DNA of 64,000 nucleotides. Origin: a virus. Lineage: Duplodnaviria; Caudoviricetes. The position numbers and the translations under genes were made by a program. The notes beneath the pieces were generated by a model. It was not told the DNA's origin, made no database searches, and worked only from the letters and a program-made list of their open reading frames with translations. Shown here in pieces: positions 57,801 to 64,000 of this stretch. The stretch's first letter is position 1, and each line of letters starts with the position of its first letter. The stretch is taken from positions 8,017 to 72,016 of the IMG/VR virus record IMGVR_UViG_2775507207_000001; one strand, given 5' to 3'.

Positions 57801-58645
57801 TGATGTCAGCGATTGTCGAGGGTGATATTGCTCAGGCGATGAAGACCGATGCGTTGGAGGTGAGGGTCAGTCAGAACCAGGCCAGTATTACCAACGTAGA
57901 CAGCGCTTCTGCTTCCCGGGATGAGGCCCTTGCCCAGCGGGTTACGCGGCTGGATGCAAGGGTCAGTCAGAACCAGGCCAGTATCACCAACGTAGACAGC
58001 GCTTCAGCTTCCCGGGATGAGGCCCTTGCCCAGCGGGTTACGCAGCTGGATGCAAAGGTCAATAACAACTCGGCGTCGATTGATACGCGACTGACGACCT
58101 TGGCCACAGCGGACAAAACGCTGGCCCAAAGTATTGAGACGGTGCAGACCAAAGTTAACCAACAGTCAGTGAGTATCCAGACCAATGCCTCGGCGATTGC
58201 GGATACCAATGGGAAGTTGGCGGCGAATTGGTCAGTGCGGATGCAGGTTGCCGCAGGCGGAGGGTACAAGTTCGCCGGTATTGGGTTGGGTATCGAGAAT
58301 GGTCCAGGTGGGTTGCAAAGTCAGTTTCTGATTTCGGCGGATCAGTTTGCGATTTATAACGAAAATACGCCGGGTAAACCTTCGACACCGTTCGCGGTTA
58401 GAGGTGCTGAAACATTTATCGATAGTGCATTCATTCAGAACGGCACGATCACTAACGCCAAAATTGGTCAGGTTATTCAGTCCAATGATTATCAGCCGGG
58501 TGTCAGTGGTTGGAAACTTGATAAGGCTGGTGGGTTGGAACTTAACGGCGTGGGGGGCGGTGGTCGGATGACCATCAGCAATCAGTTGGTTCAAGTATTT
58601 GATGCTAACCAAGTGTTGCGTGTTCGATTCGGGATCTGGGGTTAG
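54821..58645 (+). CDS. Central tail tip / host specificity protein J
   Basis: GSKGG, SEGEI, WTDNPAW, FN3-like region, coiled coil, FIDSAFIQNGTITNAKIG. Confidence 0.93.
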   Translation: MTDLTLAGSKGGASKPRPSVEAPDSLQSTAYARILDLVSEGEIVGLKNDKRSVFLDETPLANADGSLNFSGVTLDTRNGSQDQSHIPGFPAVENESPVSVELRSDQPWTKSYSNLQLSAVRVRLAVTRLSQTNTSNGDTNGYTVQYAIDLSTDGGAFTEVLAAAFSGKTTTKYERSHRVDLPPAKVGWTLRVRRITPNSTSGAIADTTTVESSTEVIDAKLRYPGSALIGLQFDAAQFQSIPSRSFELRGRIIKVPNNYDPQTRTYSGVWDGTFKSAWTDNPAWIYYDLLLHQRYGLGHLLNAGQVDKWELYRIGQYCDQPVSDGKGGTEPRFTCNLYLSVRADALKVLQDLATTFRGMAYWGAGSVMAVADMPEDPVYTYSNANVIGGQFIYGGSAKKTRYTVALVSWNDPTDFYRQKVQYVDDAEGIARYGIQQTEISATGCTSQAQAQRIGKWALLTNRLETESVTFAVGLDGTLARPGQIIRVADNDRAGRRIGGRLRAATLDTLTLDAEVTATAGDTITLVMPNGKAVSRAVKSVSAAGADEQLVTLQTKLDDMPPAQSIWAVDSATLALQQFRVLSISEDFSDDEIKYSLSAVKHVPSKFAAIDNGAKIDSPPITVIPPSVQAAPINVTVSNDHFVEQGSAVNVMTIEWQRVANAIAYEAYWRKNDGEWVYAGRTGGGSIEVSGIYAGRYVAKVRAINALDIGSLYSESVETVLNGKTTLPPTVAALTTESLVFAIKVKWLIPQGVSTADLQRTEIWYGKTSDLAQATKLGDYAFPQTDLTMMGLAAGASLFFWARLVDRTGNIGPWFPNGSGVNGQASSDASPILDLIAGQISETELGKHLLDRIELIDGSGAGSVNDRLDNTRKELQALVDQVTDALLYDAARAYASGEFVRQENHLYQAIQAVPANSPPPNAAYWLDIGSLVQTSNALALQIQQNKTAIETVDGKVTSTAQKTDGVYAQVNPKMAGDEQTSFAGDDVSMAGTWSVMSAIVEGDIAQAMKTDALEVRVSQNQASITNVDSASASRDEALAQRVTRLDARVSQNQASITNVDSASASRDEALAQRVTQLDAKVNNNSASIDTRLTTLATADKTLAQSIETVQTKVNQQSVSIQTNASAIADTNGKLAANWSVRMQVAAGGGYKFAGIGLGIENGPGGLQSQFLISADQFAIYNENTPGKPSTPFAVRGAETFIDSAFIQNGTITNAKIGQVIQSNDYQPGVSGWKLDKAGGLELNGVGGGGRMTISNQLVQVFDANQVLRVRFGIWG

Positions 58646-58673
58646 TCACCCATCCACCAACAGGAGAGAGGGT

Positions 58674-58943
58674 ATGGCAGCAGGATTTCAAGCGTTCAAC
58701 GCGCAGGGCGAAGTACTGGTCGATGTAAACAGTCGGCTTGCCCGGGTAATTGGCAGAATAAGTAGCGGAACGGGAGCAGGGTCATTGGTGGTTGATGCAT
58801 TCGCTCAAGGTCGCCCTTGGTATATGGTCACACTTGAGGCCGGCATCAATGTCACTGATGGGCCCCAATGCAGTATTTCGCAGAACACGTTGATGTGGAG
58901 TGCCTGTGTCAATCCAGGGATTATTACTTACGGTATTTCATGA
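58674..58943 (+). CDS. Small tail-tip accessory protein
   Basis: MAAGFQAFNAQG...ITYGIS; follows J. Confidence 0.7.
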   Translation: MAAGFQAFNAQGEVLVDVNSRLARVIGRISSGTGAGSLVVDAFAQGRPWYMVTLEAGINVTDGPQCSISQNTLMWSACVNPGIITYGIS

Positions 58944-59653
58944 TGGCTATTGGTTTTCAAGTTCTAAACGATGACCGTAGTGTGCTACTCGACCAAAACT
59001 TTAAAACCTATGGTTTTGTGAGTAAGACAACTCAGGTGAGTACCGCCGCCAGCAGTAACCCAGCATGGGGGCAGTACTTGGATGTCTGGATACCGGATGC
59101 CGAGGAAATTGTGGCTGTACGCGCTCAGAATGAAGCTCACTCAGTGTGCTTGGCGAATGTATCGCGCAGTGGAGGCGGTTACATCCAGCGTTACGTCACG
59201 GATGGTTCAACGATCGTCAACCTGGACGTTTATCGTTTCCGGCCGGGCGTGTCTGCGGGAGGAGCCTTTGGCATGCAGATATTCAATGACCATGGCGAGT
59301 TGGTGTATGACGCGACGACGCCTCAGTTAATTGTAAGAGACGTATTGGTAGGGACGGATAATTTTGAGGCGGTGGTCGGCGATCATAATTATGAGACAGG
59401 CAAGAAATATGCAGTTGTGTTTGGAGGTCGATGTGGGCGAAGTTGGCGTACCACGCAATTTACGGGTGGTGGTGGAAACTTCAGGATTAATGAATATGCG
59501 AGCACTAACTTCTTCACTCATGGTCCAGGTAAAATAAATTTTAAGGTCAAATATTATTATTACTATGGGTATACCAAGCAGCATCAGGTGAAAGAGTTCA
59601 ATTATCGAGCTGAAGCCTACAGCTACCTCGTAGTCGATGTGAGCGGGATATGA
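58940..59653 (+). CDS. Tail-tip accessory / receptor-binding protein
   Basis: GFQVLND, FGMQIFNDHGELVYD repeat-type motifs; AT-rich C-terminus. Confidence 0.7.
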   Translation: MMAIGFQVLNDDRSVLLDQNFKTYGFVSKTTQVSTAASSNPAWGQYLDVWIPDAEEIVAVRAQNEAHSVCLANVSRSGGGYIQRYVTDGSTIVNLDVYRFRPGVSAGGAFGMQIFNDHGELVYDATTPQLIVRDVLVGTDNFEAVVGDHNYETGKKYAVVFGGRCGRSWRTTQFTGGGGNFRINEYASTNFFTHGPGKINFKVKYYYYYGYTKQHQVKEFNYRAEAYSYLVVDVSGI

Positions 59654-59719
59654 CTGCAAGTGATAATAAGATAAGGAACTTGCTGAGGTTGAAATGGATT
59701 TTCAATTTGGAGGTTAAGG

Positions 59720-60715
59720 ATGTCTCGACAAGAAATTGATCTCGGTACGCGCCCCAGCGGTGTGGGCGGTGATACACCGCGCAGCGCCATGATCAAAATC
59801 AATGCAATGACCAACGAGTTGTATAAAGGCGATGCACTGGCAAAAGCCAGTGGTTGGGGAGGGAATGTTCCCTTCGCTATGCAACCCACCGACAGCGCCG
59901 ATGGCCTACCCGTGATAAATGGGCTGTTCATGTTCGGCAATGGTGGTGTCTCCCTGCCATACCCTTACGTATTCATCATTCAGGTGCTCTCGGGATCGGG
60001 GGGATATGTGCGGCAAATTGCCTATAGCCTTTTAGAGAACGTGACTTGGGAACGTCAGTTTTTGCAAGGAGCCGCTGCGGGCAAAGCCTGGACGCAGGTT
60101 ATCAAGGCGGGTGATTTTGGCGTAGGCGGTGTGGTCAAGATACTCACCACCAGTGCGGACGCAGTGGCGGCCACCGGAGAGTACTACGGCAACAATATTC
60201 CCGGTCCCAATGGCCCCAACAGCTATGGCTTTTTGTCGCACAAATATTTGTCGGCTGTGTACTCCACTCAGGAGTGGGTCAACCCCGACACCACGAACAC
60301 CGCGTTCAGGCGAGTCAATGCCAACGGCACGTGGACGCCATGGGCGCGTCTGTACACCGGTGCCAACGCCGAGGGCGACCCGGCATCCGGAATCGGGTTG
60401 ATGAGTAAAACGGTGGTCGGTGGCTGGAACATCAGCAAGTACATCAACGGCCAAATCTGCGTTCAGGGCGTCAGCGCGGTCAGTGCGGTTCTGCCACCGA
60501 ATCAGCCGACGGTGGTGACGGTTTCGTTGCCCGTGGCAATCGTTTTGGGAAGTGGCAGTGTTTACGTGAATCCGCAGCCACAAATGACTTATGAACATTT
60601 CGGTGCGGTGAACTGCTATGTCAATGGAACCAGTGCGGTGGACATCATCATTAGAAATGGCTCGACAGCTCAAAGTTTCCAAAACGCCGTGACTGTATGG
60701 GGAGCCTGGAAATGA
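59720..60715 (+). CDS. F-tailocin side fiber 1
   Basis: RQEIDLGTRPSGVGGDTPRSA N-terminus; pyocin-knob-like segments. Confidence 0.8.
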   Translation: MSRQEIDLGTRPSGVGGDTPRSAMIKINAMTNELYKGDALAKASGWGGNVPFAMQPTDSADGLPVINGLFMFGNGGVSLPYPYVFIIQVLSGSGGYVRQIAYSLLENVTWERQFLQGAAAGKAWTQVIKAGDFGVGGVVKILTTSADAVAATGEYYGNNIPGPNGPNSYGFLSHKYLSAVYSTQEWVNPDTTNTAFRRVNANGTWTPWARLYTGANAEGDPASGIGLMSKTVVGGWNISKYINGQICVQGVSAVSAVLPPNQPTVVTVSLPVAIVLGSGSVYVNPQPQMTYEHFGAVNCYVNGTSAVDIIIRNGSTAQSFQNAVTVWGAWK

Positions 60716-61068
60716 TCAGGATCAAACTGTTTCCCTTTTTGACGGATGAGCCGCTGAAGGTCTCTGTGCGCGATGAAGTGATCACGGTTAATGGCCGGGC
60801 TTTTGATCTTTCGGTCATCCCGGACGGTTATCGCATTCTGGCCAGTGCAATGGGAAGTGACTGCTTTGTCGATGCCGTCGTACGTATCGACGGCGAGCTG
60901 ACACTGACGCTTAAATTGCCGGTCAAGTGGGATGATCCGCCGTCACTGCGCAACCCGGTTGAGCCTACGATCATTGAGGTGAGCTCCAATGGGCCAGTTG
61001 AAATACCCACCTCTGCAATAACTGAAGAACGTTCAGCACCCTCCCAGGAAGAGGTGATCCATGATTGA
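60712..61068 (+). CDS. Fiber-associated chaperone A
   Basis: VNGRAFDLSVIPDG; homologous to the gene at 62433. Confidence 0.65.
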   Translation: MIRIKLFPFLTDEPLKVSVRDEVITVNGRAFDLSVIPDGYRILASAMGSDCFVDAVVRIDGELTLTLKLPVKWDDPPSLRNPVEPTIIEVSSNGPVEIPTSAITEERSAPSQEEVIHD

Positions 61069-61273
61069 TGTCAGCCAATTGCAAAAAATAAAGAGCGCCC
61101 AGGAGCTGGAGGAGGATCTCGCCCTTGATCAGGCCCATGGCTACCTCAGGGACAGTGACTGGTATGCGTTTGCGCAGATGGAGGAAGGCACCCCGATGCC
61201 TGCGGATATCAAAGCCGCTCGCAATGCGGCACGCGCCACGATCTACAGGCTTGCTGAAAAACGCCTGCCCTGA
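61061..61273 (+). CDS. Fiber-associated chaperone B
   Basis: YLRDSDWY...E.G.PMP...AR..AR. Confidence 0.7.
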   Translation: MIDVSQLQKIKSAQELEEDLALDQAHGYLRDSDWYAFAQMEEGTPMPADIKAARNAARATIYRLAEKRLP

Positions 61274-61341
61274 AAAATGCACAGACATCCCGTACCCGCT
61301 TTTTAACGGGTCTTTTATTGCCCAGACTATGGAGAGTCCCC

Positions 61342-62436
61342 ATGGCACGACAGGAAATCAATATTGGTGCGGCACCCACTGGCGTCGGCGGCGACACACC
61401 GCGCAGCGCCAGTATCAAGATCAACGCAATGACCCAGGAGTTGTTCGCTCGCCAGGCTCAGTTGGGCACAGCAGCCACTCAAAACGTAGTGACCGGCAGC
61501 GATGACTTCACCCCTGGCCGGGTGTCAATGATGGGGCATGCGGGCTGGGGCGCCGAGCCCATTTCGAAACAGCCGACCGACGACGCCAATGAGTTGCCGC
61601 GTGTCAGTGGGTTGTTTCAGTTCGGTAATGGAGGGCTGAACCTGCCCAATCCTTACGTGCAGATCCTGCAAATTGCCAATTCAGGCGGCTACGTCTGGCA
61701 AACGGCGAAGGCCATGCTTGATGAGTCCGTGTATATGCGGGGGCGACGGGGTGATGGTGCCTGGTCTCCATGGCGTGCCGATATCAATTCATCGTTGTTT
61801 GCGATCGGTATAGGGCAAGGTGCCGCTGCGGGGGAACTGATGGGGTTGTCATCTGCACAATCCGCGTCTCCGAATAAAGCCAACACGGGTCTGTACAGCT
61901 ATTACGGCCACCCGGATGGCGTGCCAGGCTTCGGGGCAATCAGCGTACTGTCTCAGGCTTGGGGACATGACCCACAATGGCGAGCGCAATTGTCGATGGC
62001 TGTATCGGGGGATGGTATTCACTTCCGCCAGTTCAGCGTTAACCCAGGTGCAGCTGCGCCCAACTGGCGAAGCATTCTTCATAACGGCAACGCGATATCC
62101 GGGGTGCTCAATGCTGGCCCTTCGGGCGCCTTGCCGATTAATTCGGGGCTCATCGAGCGCGGTGGTTCGCTTGATAACTGGTATTTCCGCTTTGCCGGTG
62201 GCTTGCAAATTTGCCAGCAGCGGTTTACCGGCTACACCGCTGGTGTCACGCGTAACGTCGCGTGGCTGGCGGCTTTTGCGGACACCCCTGTGGCGGTGTT
62301 CCCCAACATTTACCCGTCGGTTGACTGGGACATGTCTGCCAGGTGCTACGGCAACGTCGGTTCCTACTTCTTTATGTCCGACCGGACGCTGAACAATATC
62401 GTGACAGTGACGGCAATCGGGAGATGGCACGCATGA
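61342..62436 (+). CDS. F-tailocin side fiber 2
   Basis: RQEINIGAAPTGVGGDTPRSA N-terminus; AIGRW C-terminus. Confidence 0.8.
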   Translation: MARQEINIGAAPTGVGGDTPRSASIKINAMTQELFARQAQLGTAATQNVVTGSDDFTPGRVSMMGHAGWGAEPISKQPTDDANELPRVSGLFQFGNGGLNLPNPYVQILQIANSGGYVWQTAKAMLDESVYMRGRRGDGAWSPWRADINSSLFAIGIGQGAAAGELMGLSSAQSASPNKANTGLYSYYGHPDGVPGFGAISVLSQAWGHDPQWRAQLSMAVSGDGIHFRQFSVNPGAAAPNWRSILHNGNAISGVLNAGPSGALPINSGLIERGGSLDNWYFRFAGGLQICQQRFTGYTAGVTRNVAWLAAFADTPVAVFPNIYPSVDWDMSARCYGNVGSYFFMSDRTLNNIVTVTAIGRWHA

Positions 62437-62786
62437 TCATTCACCACGTTCCTTTTCGGCCTCTTGGCGCCGCGACTCCCACGACAGCCTTTGTCGAGGG
62501 TGAAACATTGATCCTGAATGACCAAAGGATTGACCTTTCGCTGATCCCTGAAGGGATGACCCTACCCATGTCCGCCATCGGACATGAGTTGTTCGCAGGG
62601 CCCGTCAGCCGTCGTAACGGCGAGATCGAGTTGACCTTGAGACTGGCCGTCAATGCGGATGCGCCAGCTTACATGTGGCAGAACGGCAGGCTCCAGGTAT
62701 CGGCCGGGCCGGTTCCCTTTCCGGTCGAGCCGATTGATCTGCCCAACCACTCAGCCAAACCTGCGGAGGACTTGAGCGATGTTTGA
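62433..62786 (+). CDS. Fiber-associated chaperone A'
   Basis: LNDQRIDLSLIPEG. Confidence 0.65.
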   Translation: MIIHHVPFRPLGAATPTTAFVEGETLILNDQRIDLSLIPEGMTLPMSAIGHELFAGPVSRRNGEIELTLRLAVNADAPAYMWQNGRLQVSAGPVPFPVEPIDLPNHSAKPAEDLSDV

Positions 62787-62970
62787 TTTGTCGAAGCTTG
62801 AAAAAAACCAGACACCCCAAGACCTCCAGGCACAAGCTGATTCGCGTGAGGCCCTTGCTTATCTGGCGTCTACCGACTGGTACAGCTTGCGGTTCCTTGA
62901 AGAGAATACGCCCATACCCGAAGCGATTCTGGCAGCCAGGGCGGTGGCCCGTGGCAAGGTCATCCCATGA
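62779..62970 (+). CDS. Fiber-associated chaperone B'
   Basis: YLASTDWY...PIPE..LAARAVAR. Confidence 0.7.
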   Translation: MFDLSKLEKNQTPQDLQAQADSREALAYLASTDWYSLRFLEENTPIPEAILAARAVARGKVIP

Positions 62971-63518
62971 CGCTCACGCAACTTCAGCAAGTCTTCCCAC
63001 GCGCCCGCTCTCTAGCGGGCGTTTTCATATCCTCACTCAACTTGGCAATGCGGAATCGGCAAATCAACACTCCCCAACGCGCCGCTGCCTTCCTCGCTCA
63101 AATCGGTCACGAGTCCGGTGAACTGCACTACGTGCGCGAACTGGGCAGTGATCAATACCTGAGCAAATACGACACCGGCGTCTTGGCGGCGCGCCTGGGT
63201 AACACTCCCGAAGCGGACGCAGATGGACAAAAGTATCGTGGCAGAGGGCTGATCCAGATAACTGGCCGCCGTAATTACCTTGCGTGCAGCCAGGCACTTT
63301 TCGGCGATGATCGCCTGCTGCTCCAGCCGCAACTGCTGGAACAACCGCAATGGGCCTGCGAATCCGCCGCCTGGTTCTGGCAAAGCAACGGTCTCAACGA
63401 GCTCGCCGACAAAGGCCAGTTCACCACCATCACCCGGCGCATCAATGGCGGCCTCAATGGCCTGGACGACCGTTTGCAGTTGTGGGCGCGGGCGAAGGCG
63501 GTGCTATGCGTTTCCTAG
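62967..63518 (+). CDS. Tailocin endolysin, GH19
   Basis: FLAQIGHES, YRGRGLIQITG, TRRINGG. Confidence 0.95.
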   Translation: MTLTQLQQVFPRARSLAGVFISSLNLAMRNRQINTPQRAAAFLAQIGHESGELHYVRELGSDQYLSKYDTGVLAARLGNTPEADADGQKYRGRGLIQITGRRNYLACSQALFGDDRLLLQPQLLEQPQWACESAAWFWQSNGLNELADKGQFTTITRRINGGLNGLDDRLQLWARAKAVLCVS

Positions 63519-64000
63519 GCGCGTTTGGCTTGATCGGTGTGTGTCTGCTTATGGCGCTTGTGTGGCAGGTGCAGGCATGGCGATACGGGGCGCAGTTGGA
63601 GCTGCAATCAGTCCGACATGCACAGGCGCTCAGCCAGCAAAACCAGGCAATCCTCCACCAGCAACAGGCCGAACAGACCAAACGCCAGGCCCTTGAACAA
63701 CAGCTCTCTACTAGTGACCACCAACATATTCAGGAATTGAACGATGCCCAAGGCAACCAAGCTGCTCTGCGTGACCGCCTGGCCACTGCTGATGTGCGGT
63801 TGTCAGTCCTTCTCGACACCGTCGCCAGTGGCTGCACAGTGCCTGCCGCCCCCAGCCCCGGCGGCGTGGTTCATGCAACCTCGCGAGCCCGACTTGACCC
63901 GGCGCATGCTCAGCGAATTATCCGCATCACCGACGACGGCGACAACGCCCTGATCGCCTTGCGTGCTTGCCAGGCCTACGTGCAGGCCGTCGCGCATTAG
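63506..64000 (+). CDS. i-spanin Rz
   Basis: N-terminal TM; LRDRLATAD; ALRACQAY; TAG at the window end. Confidence 0.88.
   Translation: MRFLGAFGLIGVCLLMALVWQVQAWRYGAQLELQSVRHAQALSQQNQAILHQQQAEQTKRQALEQQLSTSDHQHIQELNDAQGNQAALRDRLATADVRLSVLLDTVASGCTVPAAPSPGGVVHATSRARLDPAHAQRIIRITDDGDNALIALRACQAYVQAVAH
63744..63953 (+). CDS. o-spanin Rz1
   Basis: Lipobox LMCGC; PPPAPAAWFM. Confidence 0.78.
   Translation: MPKATKLLCVTAWPLLMCGCQSFSTPSPVAAQCLPPPAPAAWFMQPREPDLTRRMLSELSASPTTATTP

Larger units (their letters stand above)
36159..64000 (+). other. Combined R-type plus F-type tailocin gene cluster
   Basis: Repressor, holin, contractile tail module, lambda-like tail module and lysis cassette; no head, terminase or replication genes. 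Confidence 0.92.

Overview
This window looks like a Pseudomonas fluorescens-group chromosome. Bases 1 to ~33.1 kb are the right-hand part of an apparently intact temperate myovirus prophage. It carries CII, TraR and primase-helicase genes with an iteron origin, a lambda-like cos site and head, a P2-like contractile tail, a GH19/Rz/Rz1 lysis cassette, and terminal cargo (adenine methylase, SRAP, umuDC, and a STAS-HATPase/STAS pair). The prophage ends exactly at a 13-codon mutS 5' stub (MSKNTSDLSSHTP, minus strand), so it appears to have integrated into the start of mutS. A short accessory stretch follows (MITE/REPIN in the mutS leader, C4 antisense RNA plus DUF3077 gene, orphan ORF, Panacea toxin-antitoxin pair). 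From 36.1 kb to the end is a combined R-type plus F-type tailocin cluster (prtR-like repressor, holin, two tail modules, lysis cassette) with no prtN. The most notable signals are the mutS split beside an SOS mutagenesis cassette; structured non-coding leaders rich in Rsm/Csr-type GGA hairpins, with a boxA-like site in the tailocin leader and CACCAC loops in the prophage leaders; a possibly LexA-controlled antisense RNA at the methylase; and a perfect 24-bp palindrome beside the STAS-HATPase pair. All family calls come from motif recognition by eye; no database searches were run.
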